Position numbers and translations under genes: made by a program. 64,000 nt of DNA, from NCBI GenBank assembly GCA_036172245.1, contig JAYWIR010000021.1:2790001-2854000 (forward strand), written 5' to 3'. The notes beneath the pieces are model-generated. The model was not told the origin of the DNA. It worked only from the letters and a program-made list of their open reading frames with translations, and searched no databases. Source of the DNA: Raillietiella orientalis (lineage: Eukaryota). Positions 24,440 to 36,700 of the stretch are shown here, one piece after another; positions within the stretch are counted from its first letter, which is position 1, and each line of letters begins with the position of its first letter.

Positions 24440-25000
24440 ACTTTTACTAACCGTTTCCATCCGGTCCCCTAGACCTGGATCCGGATCTATCTTCTCCCCA
24501 GGGTTTTCGTGTATGTGCGAAAATAACATGTAAAAAACATGTTTCGACAAGGTTACATACTCCATGGCTAATCCGAATTTCAATGCTGGTGCTGGCTACC
24601 CTGAAAGTAGAAATTCTGTATCCAATAAGGTACCCCATGACTTGAAATCAGAAGCCATGAATATATGAAATCCTAAACTTTCTTACTTCACCATATAACT
24701 GGAATTCCTCTTTAATCGGTCCATCGTCGTTTGCAGAAAATTAAATAAAAAAAAGCTCGCTTTATCATAAGTTGGATTTCCTACAGTTTTGCCTACTGCC
24801 CATTTATAAATTGAATTCCAGTTTTTGTCAGCCACTTTCGGAACTGAAATGGGCGCACAGCTTGTGAGCCACACCTTGTGGTCACATCGTTTGTCTAAGG
24901 TAAGGCCCCTAAGCATTCAGCTCTCTGGTGGATTTTTTCTCGAGGCTCCTCACAGCAGACTTGCTGCGATAAAGTCTCTTATGAACTTCAAGGAGTTTTG
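24440..25000 (-). mobile_element. hAT transposase fossil, best-preserved frame in the window
   Basis: One frame of ~155 codons with two stops: VADKNWNSIYKW...KSWGTLL..LSG*PA...MEYVTLS fits VxTRWNSxY...W..L...E.Y.TLS. Confidence 0.6.
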
Positions 25001-25599
25001 GAGAAAGGGCTCCCTCAGAAATTCGTTCAAAAGACCAACTCTGCGGCTGTAAGTGTGTTGACCACCACGAACGTTTTGATGATCACACTAGCAGACAGTT
25101 ATTCACTGTCCTTCATGACAGTCTCACACCCAGAGCATGATCATGCTTCGGGGTCAAACGACGTTCTCTCTCTCTCTCTCTTTTTTTTTTTTTTTTTTCA
25201 GAACCTTCTTTTCTCCATTTCCATAGAAGAGATCCTTCGAGAACTGTGCATGGGATGGAATCGAATGAAGAATCGACCTCTACATTCAAGCCAAGAGGAC
25301 AGTTGTTCTTCCATCATCGATTCATGGAACTCACTTTGTCTTCGGCCCATTGTTCCCCCTCTGCTGTTTTCATCTGTACTCGATCATCCTTGCAGTTTCT
25401 CCCTGAAGAGTATCCTCATGAAATGTGATCCTTAGAGTAAAAGGATCGGCACGCAGCGAATGTCCAGCTAGATGCAGGAATCTAAATGGAAACCCTTGAA
25501 TCCCTGATGGGCAAGTAGTGGAATTCACTGCGTGTGCAACAGAAATCAATTTCAAGCTCCTTGCTTATGGACCAATCCCCCCATGGTTTGCCGCTGAGG

Positions 25600-26600
25600 A
25601 GAGCCGACGGCTACTGAAAACATGCAGTTAATACTGAAGTGAGATTCCTGCTTGCTGCAGAAGATGTAAGAAGCATTGCTCCTCCGTCTCCCCGAATCAC
25701 CGTCTCAGGCTGCTTGTCCAGTTTTTCATTTGGACAAGCTGCTCGCCGGCAAAAAACCCAGCGCGGGGAAAAAATTCATCGTTTTCTGATGGCTTCCATA
25801 GTCACACCGGTCAGCAAGTCCATTATTTAGATTCGAGATTAATAGCACTCGCAACCAGTCGACTCGTACTCGCCCGCGTCCAAGGAATCGTCAAAAGTCT
25901 TCCGATAACTAGCGCTTAGGCCACTGTGAGATTAAACCACCGTGCTGTCCTTGGAAGGAAGGCGAAGTTATCCGAAGAAATGCCATCCGTGAGGATTTGG
26001 CAGAAGATTTCGTACTTTGGGGCTGCCTCCGTGGCAGGAAAGCAGCTTCCAGTTTGTTTGGCAAGAAGTCTCTTGGCGTTTGCCCTCCACGCTTGAAACC
26101 TTCGATTCCCGAGGAGTGGTCAACTGCCCCCTCAAATGTTTCGTTCACGTCTCATTCTGCGCGATGGCTTTCCTATTCCATTCCTCCTCGGTTCTTAATT
26201 GGAATCCTAAAAACTGCGTCGCTTATCGGAGCTCTCGCGTGGAACTTCCCGATCGCCTTTGCTTAGCGTAATTCATCCTCCTCGGAAGGTGCCGTGGACC
26301 GCCCATCTCTTTTCGCCTTGATGGAACGTCTTCCCCTCGAGGTGGTTCGATTTGCAAGCAATCTTGCTTGGGCCCTCCATAGGGGTTCGGACATTGCATG
26401 CTTTTGCATGCTGTCGCCTATTATTTGGCCTCATTTGCGCAGATCGTGCAATCGTGAATCGAATTCCGTCGAAGATCTTCCATCGCAAGCAGCAACGCCG
26501 CTTGCGCTCGGTTTCGATCTGTGCATTGCTTGAAGCGTGTTGGAGTTGGGAGTGTTCTGCGTTTCCTGAGAAGTGGAAAGCCTTGGAAAAAAATCACTTG
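25600..26600 (+). mobile_element. Decayed hAT transposase fossil
   Basis: SDN (~25903), VLWGC..SLFGK (~26010-26065), SR/WN (~26235-26245) in order. Confidence 0.5.
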
Positions 26601-27029
26601 AGGGAAAGAGGAATTTGTTTATTTCACTCTGTACCAAAAGCGTGAAAGAAGGTTATAATTGCTTTCGTATAAAATTTTTGAAGTCGGCCGAGTTGAATGG
26701 CTGAAGGCTGGAAATAGCAGAAGCATCAACAAAAAGTTGCAAGTATTTTTCATGGGAGGAAGGTAGGATGAGAAGTGATTAGGATTCGAGGATTCAAGGA
26801 TGGGAGGGAAAGGTCCCGTCATCACACTGAAAACAGCTTCCCGGAGACCGGTTTCTGTTCCCGTTCTCCCTTCCCTCCCCCCTCCCACAAGTACTTGCTC
26901 CGGAGACATCGTAAATTCATCGTCCATTCTACAGGGACCGCTGCTGCCACACACGCGCATGCATGCAGGAAGTGTGCTCGTTGTTGGTGCTGACCTATTA
27001 ATTTTATGGGGGAATTATCCGGGGAACGA

Positions 27030-27270
27030 TTAGTGCACAGAAACGTAAGGTAGCCCAGGAAGACGCTGATGCCCAGTAGCTTGTTCTCGTACCACTGCTT
27101 GAGTCGGACGCTTGTGGTCTCACATGTCTTGAGCAGCATCCTTGCCGAAGCAGCCTTCCTGTCAAGAGTGGTATTTGGTGGGCATCTCAGTTGGTTCAAA
27201 GTCCAAAGAGATATGAGGCGCGGCCAGAAAGCCACTCGAGAAGAACAGCAGATGGAAAAGGTGCCTCGCA
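27030..27270 (-). mobile_element. Possible L1/Tx1-like 3' end remnant
   Basis: RVAFWPRLISLWTLNQLRC resembles the terminal ..IW..RN segment; weak. Confidence 0.25.
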
Positions 27271-28899
27271 ATTCCCAAGCTAATGCTGAGTCTAATAACA
27301 GTTTTGGAGTAACGATTATGCCGTTTGTTTGCCGTTCACACGATTGGATTAAGCTATGGAGACGAGTTTTTATCTCAGCACTCGATTCACCACTTCATTT
27401 GGTACAAATAGCTCTGCAAAGCCACGGCGGCAATTGTGGTATGGGGCAGACTCCAATACTTACCGTGCATCCTGGTGTCTACTTACCCCCTGGGCCTTAA
27501 GGGATTGCACAAACACGGAAGAAATTTTCGCATCGAGAAAATTTATTGGTTGGCTTTTCGGGTGAGAATTGTTTTTCTCGCTGAAATAATGAAGTGTATC
27601 CCCAATTGCATCTCAGAATCATCTGAAATCCACTCTGACTGAAAAGAGGCACTTACGAGTTGCACGTGGGAGAATTGGAAAAGGATGCTGGAATTTCCAA
27701 GGCTTGCATCTGCTGATTTGATCGCAGTCTCAGCCTTTTTTCACTTTTTCTTATCCGGAATTTTCAAGTGACCATTTCCTTTCCGATCTGGAAAAATACT
27801 TCAGGAACAATGCTGCGGTCTTCCTCTTCTGTGTAGCAGAGATGCGATCCTTCTAGATCAAGAAAAGCTTGGAGCTATACAAAACACCGAAGGTTCCACG
27901 AGTAGGTATGATTGGCATACAAAATTCCTAGAAAATCCACGGGAGGCCTGACGGGTATTCGGTTTCCATAGATTGAGGGCACCTTGAAATTCATTTGGCT
28001 GCACCAAACTGCAAGTATAGTGTGGACACATTCTACGAAATCCATTACCAGGCAGGTGGAATTTGTTCCACCGCCGCTTCTGCGAGGGAGGTTGCATTTC
28101 CCGCTTTCATTGCCACAAGAAAAATCTTTCCAAACCTCAGAATGGAACTTTAGCGAAATATTGATGAGGTCACATAAGCTCCACGTGCCAGCTTCCTTCA
28201 TTGTGCACAGAAAGATCAAACAAAGTATCGGACAAATGGCAATCTTGAATTCAAGAAAACGGAAAGTTCGGCCCAGGCTGCAAATGGGAAGACAGCAACA
28301 AAAAGCTCGGAATCACCGAATTGTTTGTTTTTCATACACAATATTATTATTTTTGAGAAAAATTTCGATTTTCAAATCAAGGTGCAAGCAGTGCCAAATG
28401 CACCGTCTTCCGCTTTGCTCCTCTTAACCTCGAGCCACCTTTGCAGCCATTCTGGTAAAAGATGCACTCCCTTTTCCCTCGTATTTCTGATGAAACATCC
28501 CTTTCCTCCAAGTTAAGGCGCTTCTTCAGCGCCATCTCATACTACTTGGAGACTGAACTCTGCGAAAGAATTCGAAAATCACAAGTGCGAAATCCATCCT
28601 TGCTTTTGCTTGGAGTAAAGCGTTGCTAAGAAACCCGCGCCAGCTTCCGAAATTCGTACTCCTATTTCAGGAATTGTTGAGTCCTCTTCCTTTGATTTCT
28701 GGCAGCGTCTTCCTGATGTTTGTTGCTCCTTCTTGATGGTACCTGCTTATTGCAAAACGAGCCTTCCGTTCTGGAAACTTCTCCACATGAGTTCTTATCG
28801 CTGACTCTATTGGATTACTATTTGTCGGGACGCTGCTGTTCCCTCCGTCTCATGTCGGGATTTTTTTTTTTCTTTTTTTCAAGTCCTTCCGATGCTGCG

Positions 28900-29900
28900 G
28901 AGTTATTGAAATCCCTCGGAACAGAGAATCTGCACAAGAATCAATCTGTTGCATTTTCTGAAAGATGCATGGTTCTCACGTTTCTAGATAAGCCCGTTCT
29001 TCACCTCGCTGAACTCCGAAAGAAGGTTGCTGACTTTTTAATCCAGAGTCGAACTTTCAGATCAACCCCTGAAACAGGTCAAACAACAGCGGAAGGAGCT
29101 GAACGCAAGCATTCCCAGTTTATCAACAGCCCTGTGTTCAGTTCCCTGCTTGCGGCCAATGGATTTCTTAAAGACGTATTTAAGCCATCTAGCTTCGAAA
29201 CTGAGACACGAGGTTTGCTGGATGCCACGTTATCGGGGTTTCACTGACCATCTTGAGGAATTGGGCATCAAGTCTTAGAGACGTGGTGACTCCTTTTGAA
29301 ACCATTACCAGAAAGATGGTGCCACTCTTGCTTTATCACTCTTGCAGCTGCAACTTTTTCCCATCGCTGCTCCTTCTTCAACATCACTCTCTCCGGAGAG
29401 GTTTTTTCGTTTCCCTCAGTTCCGTTCATCTCTCCAAACGATCCATCTGTTTGCTCTCGCGAACAGCAAAGAAGATTTCGAGCCACAAGTTCTGCTCGCT
29501 GGTGTTACCCTCGGGATGCTTTGCTTCTATTCCAACCAGTCAGTTTCGCTGTAGCCATGAAGGAAACATTCAAAAGGAGGTTCTCGATGCCTGAGATGAA
29601 CCGCAGCATCTCTGCACCCAAACGGTATTTCTTCACCGATGTGTACTCCATGCATGTAGAAGACCGAGGAGACTTTCACTTCAGAGGCCATGTTTTCCTC
29701 GTAGAGGGGGTGAGCAATAAGCACCACTATGCATGGAGTTCACGGAGAGGAAGGATCTTCAGAGTGAGGCATCTCCCTTCTTTTATGAATCCGTTGTTGT
29801 TGGAAACGCTTTGTAAGCAAGTGCAGCATCACTAGGGTTCCTGTAAGTGGTCACTGGGAGTCATCATCTGAAACGCCTTCTCAATAAGCAGCAGCGCTTG
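28900..29900 (-). mobile_element. Decayed hAT fossil
   Basis: KVRLWIKKSATFFRSSAR (~29005-29058) followed by LSENAT(RW) (~28945). Confidence 0.5.
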
Positions 29901-30849
29901 CTCGTAGTTCATGACAACAGCATTTGGTCTATCCATATGGTTTGATCATTTGATTTCAAATTAAAGCATCGCAGATGAAAGTATGGGAAGTCTGGAGCTT
30001 CTTTCTTAGCAGTTCTTTGGTTTTCCATGAACTCTCAGCATTCTTTTTTTTTGGTTTCTAAGGACAGCCACACCCGGCAAGGGGTTTCGAATTGTTCTTC
30101 CTTAATAGAAGAAACGCGAGATTTGTTGTCCAGAAGGGTGCGAGAAAGGCATATGGACTCGCGATATTTCCCGAATCACCGAGGTGGTGCCAAAATAAAA
30201 TGAAAATGAAAAAAAAAAAAAAAAGTGATACGAATCGGAACGTGATGCGAATGAGCTCCTATTCAAAGCCATTTTAGAAAAGCATTTTTTCACTCCATAC
30301 GCTTCTAGGTTTGATCGATGTTATAGATCACCCATCACCAGCTGTTATTAAGGGCTGTTGAGAGCTCCAAAGACATTGAGAATCTCAGCAACTAAGGAAG
30401 GCAAACAAAACCATTATCAGACGGTTGCATGATGTCCTCCGGGATTACGGTTGGAATTAATAAAGGCAAAATTATCCCGTTCAACCACATGGTATCGCAT
30501 TGCCATGCGGACGTTTATGCGGGTCATTTCTAACCAAAAAGAAAAATATTTTTTTTTTTTTCTTCTCATCCGAGGTCTGAAATCCTGAGAAATCGTAATG
30601 ACATCATTGGAGGCAAAAAAATTTCGCACACGCGAAGAATGAAAATTCGGTGTCATCTGATGTTAGCATAAGAAATTTTGCTTTGCTTCATAATACATAC
30701 TGAGCTGTCTGCCTTTGGGGGAGTCCCTTCAAGGAATATGAGGGAAAATCGTCCTTGGTCCTCCTCATGGCTTTTCAGTAGGCCTCATTGAAGAAGGAAT
30801 GTGCGAGCAAAAGGAGCATTGCAATTTGTAAATACAACAGCAGCAGCAC

Positions 30850-32400
30850 GAGAAATATCAAAATCGGCTCGCCTTACTTAGAAAGTTTCCAGATTTTGCC
30901 TCTACCCAAGCTGAGACTATGTATCCCGTAAATCACAAGAAATGTTTTTCCCAACTCCGAAAATCCTGCTTTGCCTCCCATCACAATAAACTCTCTGCTT
31001 ATTCAAAGAGCAGACTTCTTTGCCCAAAATCTACGGAGGGTTTTTCACTCGCAACTGCTGTTCCCGATTGTGAGTAGGGGCTTCACGCTCACCCCAGGAA
31101 TTTCGCTGATCCAGGAGTATTTGCAAAATCCAGAACTGTTATTCAATGGGGAGCGTATCCCTTCTCCACTGGCACTGATCCATCGATCGTGACACTTTCC
31201 TCGAGCGCCAAAGTTCGAAGATCAGAGCAGAGCGGTTCGAGGGATCCTCAGAGTGATCCTGTGCTGAAAGAAAAAAATCCCTATTTCGCATCCCTGCTAC
31301 ATTTCACATTGGGATGTGCATCTGTTGTAATAGGCAGTAGGCGTGGCGTGTTGAGGTTTGCCGGATGCCACATTATCGGGGTTTCACTGACCATCTTGAA
31401 GAATTAGCCACCGTGTCAGATCAAGCAGCTCAGCATCATGATGCAAAGCCGTTTCGCGCGCTGCGGGAATGAGGCATCCTCTCGTAGAATCTTTTCCCAT
31501 CTCCCCCACGTAAAGTCAGCGAGAATTTCGTCTCAGTAGGGGCAGTTCGGCCTGCGAGCACCTAAATACAGGAATTTCCCCGATTCACTTTTTCAGGTAC
31601 AATTTTCTAGCCTTGCTGGATTTGCCAAATTCATCTTCCAGAATATCTCGAGGCTCAAAAACTGCTTCGCCGCAATCTGATGCTGAAAGATAATTAGCGC
31701 AGAATTTTTTGGCAAGGAATTCAGTGGTCAAGCAGACAGATAGTAAGGCACTTCGCTTTCTGCGTAGTCCTTGTACGATTTAAAGTGAAACTGTACGCGG
31801 CGACTGCATGTACTTCAGGTAAATGGTGGTGCATGCTATAGCATTCAGTGTGGAATCTTCTTATTGATGATCGCACGTGCTGTGGAGCTGCATCCGCCTT
31901 CCCTTATGAGGATCTCACTGGGGCTTTGCTGACTAAGAAATTGTCCTGAATGCGACTTCCCCCAAAGAAGGAACTGGGATTCAATTCTTGTGGACTTCTG
32001 CGAGACGGAGTGAATGGTTTTCGACTTCCTCAGGTATTATCATGCGATCAGGATCCCCTAGATTGAGTGCGATGTAAGAAAAGATACAGGAGAGTGCTCT
32101 GCTTTCAGCAAGATCCATTCCAAACATTTTATGAGGAAAATCTCAGGCCTGCTTCTGAGTTTCCTCGAGAGATATTGGCTTCCGCCTATTATCTGAAGAG
32201 TGCAGTTTGAGAAGAAATGCTTCCTTGTTGCACATAGCTTGAACTTTCAAGTGCTAAACCTGCACTCTATCTCCTCATTATCTACAGTGCTCCTAAAATC
32301 AGAGTAGCGTTTCAGTCTAATTCTCTTAGCCTTTGCCAGCTTCCCTTCGACAAACCCTTCTGCTCTTCGGGGCAATTTTTCTTTTTATTGTCTTCAAGTG
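30850..32400 (-). mobile_element. Decayed hAT transposase fossil
   Basis: FGKSSKARKLY (~31610), PT/RRNS (~31530), LL*WEAKQDF/ELGK..SAWVE..FLSKA (30870-30990, dimerisation domain). Confidence 0.6.
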
Positions 32401-32520
32401 AACCACTGGGTTAAAAAATCCAGTTTGACTCTACGAAGTTCATGTTCAATATAGTTGATTCGATCCGCACTTCTTAGACTATAAGATGGGATGCAGAAAT
32501 GCATAGGATTTTCGACCGTG

Positions 32521-33200
32521 TCGGAGTTCGTGTGGTTGCGGTGGTCTCCGCGCGTGGCGCCATGCGTCGTGGGTTCGAATACTCCGAAGGAATCGACGCA
32601 GTGCGCCGTGGGTTCCGATTTCACCCCACAAGATGACGCTGGTCGGCCTACATTCATCCGGGAGCGACACTGGTAGCGGTTCAAACCGGAAGCCCCGGTG
32701 AGGGCCGGGACAAATGGGAGTCGACTTGCGAGTCCCTCCAGGAATCAAGGAGTGGGGAGCTCCCCCTCCGGTTGTGAAGGAGCGGACCCTGTTTTCCGGT
32801 TGGACCCTCCGCGTCGCACTGATGGAGTAGGTGTGCCCTCGCCACCACCTCTCTAGAGAGTGCAGAGAAGCGAGCCGATCCCTTTGGGGAAGCTGCGTCC
32901 TTCTGAATTTCGGAAGCGTCCCTTCTGGGTTCTCTTCAGAGGAGTAAAAAGAGGAGCGGATCCCTTGCGGAAGTCTTCCCCCCGGAGAATAAATCCCAGG
33001 ATCGGATCCTTTCCGGATTCCTATCAGAGAAGAAAGAATGGGGCGGAGTGACCCCGGGTGGGTCCTCCGGAGAGAATAAGGAAGGAGATTCCCTTCTGGA
33101 TTTCCCTTCGGAGATAACCAGGGTGGAGGAGATCCCCATTTCTGAGGATCCCTCCCCAGGCGTGAGAGGAACGGACTCCGAGCCCTTCCTGGATTCAAAT
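32521..33200 (+). mobile_element. tRNA-headed SINE-like repeat, copy C
   Basis: tcggag...ctccga closing stem around A-box-like tggttgcggtgg and B box GGTTCGAATAC (32572-32582); body colinear with 11580-12815. Confidence 0.7.
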
Positions 33201-33499
33201 TCGTTCGACCTCTGCTTTTCCTCAGGCGACAGCGCTGAAGACTTCAGAGGTCTGATCATTGTACTCCAAGAGCGAGAAATTGATTAATAGTCCACCATGT
33301 TGTACGAAATTTCTTTCTACTTGGGGAAGCGCATCGGAGTGGCCGGGAGGGGTCTCCTCGTTGCCCATTCAGTAGTCAGTTCATAATAAATAAAATTCCA
33401 GCAAGTCGATTCTTCTTAAATGTAGCGCTTTGCTGTGTAACTGGAAGACATTTTTCTTTGGCATCCTATGAAAAAGGGAATCGCTGATTAGCCTTACTT

Positions 33500-34200
33500 G
33501 GTAGTTCGAGCAACTCGAGAATTTCTCATTTATACAAAATCATCATCATTTGTTGGAGGGAACAGGGACCGCATTGATTTATTTATTTTTTTTGCATCAG
33601 GAAGTAGAGACGTTGGTTTACGTGGCATTGCTTCCACGTTTTTGGATGGGAAAAAAAGTTGCTGGCAATTCAACCAGAATGGGCAGAAGAAAACTGTGCG
33701 TTTCCATGACTCCACATGGGAAAGTTCATCATTCCAGAGCTGACTGCTCATTTTCTCAATGCACTTTCCCTTAGTGAAAATCCATTCTGCATCCAGCATC
33801 GAATCTGTATGGGATTCAAGGAGTGGTTCGAACAGCAAGATTTTCAAAGTCCGCCCAGCGTCAAACTCCAATACCTTAAGATTTCAAGTGGCGTCTCCCG
33901 TGCGACCCCGAAACCCTTATTGTGCTGTAAGAAGCGTCAGTCAGTCCAAGGCAGCTCGCTGGAGGTCTTGAAGGTCTGTAAGCAGAACGACCCATTTGAG
34001 CGTGTTTTGCTTCGAGGAAAGACCAGGTCAGGTTTGCGGAGAAGTTTTCCCGAAGGAAGGCAATGCTTGACATTTTCAACAAGAAGTCATTTGGGGTGCT
34101 GCGAATTTGTGGGTTGCCCGAGATGCATCTTGAATTTGACTCAGAGCTCACTTTTCGGAACAAGAACAAATTGCTTTCCCCTTATCTTGCTTATGAATAC
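33500..34200 (-). mobile_element. Probable hAT fossil
   Basis: ILLFEPLLESHT (~33825) and IASNFFSHPK (~33650) fit L.PL...T and A.FLHP. Confidence 0.4.
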
Positions 34201-35139
34201 CCTTTTTCTGTTCCTGGATTAGGAAGGAGGGGAGATTCCCATAACTCTCAGGTTACCCTGGATGATGAAGTAATTCAGTTTAAATTAAATAAGAGGAAGA
34301 AAACGAATTTTTTTTTTTTTTTTTTGGTTTCGAATCGTTGCACCAATATACATGATGACAGTGTCCTCGATGCGCGGCAATTTCTCTTAGATCATTGAGA
34401 TGATTGTTTCAGTAGCTAACTAAGCGAGACAATCAAATTTGGTAGCTCTGCTTTAACATGGCTTCTCCTTGAATTGCTTTTCAAAGCACAAATATTGAAA
34501 AAGCTATGTCTTCACCCCTTTGCTTCACCTGAGCTGGGCATTCTCACATCGTTAAGCATCACGTACTGAAAACCTTGAGAATCGTGGAAACGGTTTTTCT
34601 TTATGGAGATTCAGCATCCTCTTTATTCATCACGGCTAATCATTCCCTGAGCTACTGCTAAATTTCATTTCCTTCCGATTCCATGTTTAGAAACCTGTTG
34701 TCGGGCAGCGTGAGTCCATTAGATTTAGGAACAAAAGCTACCCATTCCTCCTAAATATGCACTTTCACATCCGATCCGCCCATCCTAAGGAGGGCTATTG
34801 GTGATTCTATAGGAGACCCATAGAGAAACTGGGTTCGGATTCGCAGCCAAGGAAGAGAAGCATCGAATGATCCAAAGGTGACAGAGGCTGAAAGCAGAGG
34901 CAAAACCAGGAAAAAAAAAGAATAGGTAAATAAAAACAAAAGTACTCCTTGAAAAGTCCACCAAAAATTTAGGATGGCAGGGTGGCACGATCATCTAGTA
35001 GAACCTCACCTGGGGGGCCAACTCTCCACTCACGCACCTACCAAGTGCAGCAAACGAGAGAAAGTCACTGGCAATACGTGCCTTTCTGCCCGGAAGAGCT
35101 GAGGGAAAACGGTCGGAGAGGAAACGTTTTTATGTAAAT

Positions 35140-36700
35140 GATTTCTTCGCACAGCACTGCAAGGAAATTCTTGAAATGGGAATCAGGGATCCAGTGGGAA
35201 CATTTCAGAAGGTGCTCCGTTGGCGCCGACGACTGTCGCCTCCTGATAGCCGCATCTGAAAACCCCTGGGCAACGAATTATTTCATAATGCGGCCTCTGA
35301 ATAGTGATTTTGTCCCTGGAAAGCAAGAGGGAACCCAGTCCGACTTTAGGAGCGAGGCGGATCCAGATGAGAAATTGCGAATTTTCAGAAACGCACCCTA
35401 CATAGAAGGGCGGTCCATGGGAGGAACCTATGTCAGCTCTTCCTTCGAATGCCGTTCCAGGACCGCGACTTACACAATCCGTGGTTTTAAAAGCACCAGG
35501 GCATGCTTCAAAAAAAAAAAAAACACATGAAGAAGGAAGTTTGAGCTAAATTGGAAGCAAAGGAGTGATTGCCGCCGTGGTAAACACCGCCTGAATCACC
35601 GAGGAGCCATTCCACCAACTCTGTTCCCGCGAGCGCACTGACATCGAGCCACAGCATCGATTCGTGGGATCGTCCGCTAAAACTCCCACCTTGGGATTCC
35701 TACCGCGAGTCATCAAAGCAAGGAAGTAGTCCCTGCGCGCTGGTTCTTGCCAGCTCTTTGGCGCCTTCCTTGCCTTCTGCTGCCGTCCGGCAGAATTTGA
35801 ACGGGCAAATCCGTTCTGCAATCCAATTTGAATGGATCTCTCCATTTCGAATTTTCTTGGACGGCAGTAGGAGGAAGCGAAGGCTCGGAAACAGTTGGGG
35901 AAGAGCGAATTTATTGTGAATCTGTGGAACGCTGCGTGGCGACGATTTCGCTATTTGACCCCGGGTTCCGTGCTCTCGTTGCCTGCGACCACGGGCCAGC
36001 GGCCACCGGCAAGGGTTCCAGAAAGACACTCCTCGAAAGCCATTACCTCTCCCGGGGCACGAGTAAAACGCACAGATGCATCAGTATCGATAATTAATAT
36101 GAAGAGGAGGTTCTGTTCGTAACGATTCCAAAGGAAATACACCCAGCAATCAATACTAACAAGAGTTCATCGCCTCGCATCCCCCTATCCGAGCCACAGC
36201 AGTTCCCGCAAACTGCATCCCATTAAAGCTCATCACTTTTCCTCCTTGCAGCCTGCTCCGAGTTTGGGTATCAAAGGGTGAACCCGGTACAGCAGGGAGT
36301 GGTCCGAATTCTCATCCATGGCCTTGTATCATCAAAATGGAAGCAAATGTCTTGAAACGAAAATCACCAAGGAGGCAGAGGACGCACCGCTGACTCCAGT
36401 CACAGCCGAAGAATTCGTATTCAGGAAATGCGTTGCGGCAAACAGTCCGGATTGATGCCGCGCATCCTGAAGTGTTGCCTGGTTACAGATGGTGTGCAGT
36501 TGCCTCCCTCGTGAGTTCGAGCACTGCCGTTTTCCAAGCTGCATCCGTTAGAATCATCTTTCATTTGGCGACATCCGCTCTGCTCAAGAGAAGCGGAAGA
36601 TTTTTTTTTTGGCTTCCTTGGCGCAAGCAAAATAAGAGCCTTACGCTTTCGCATCACTGGCGATGCAGCAGCCAACCGGGAAGAGGTCAGACGATGTCGC
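35140..36700 (+). mobile_element. Near full-length decayed hAT transposase (BED finger to C-terminus)
   Basis: SGIQWEHF..ADDC (BED), SIDSW (~35655), LDGS (~35860), RCVA (~35935), HRCIS (like TRWxS, ~36075), all in order. Confidence 0.6.

Noticed and set aside
24440..24916. Endogenous viral element
   Set aside because: WNSIY and EYVTLS motifs are better explained as hAT transposase.
32479..33198. Longest ORF in the track (239 aa, minus strand)
   Set aside because: Antisense reading of the GC-rich SINE-like repeat; no domain, and the frame is not evidently conserved in the other copies.
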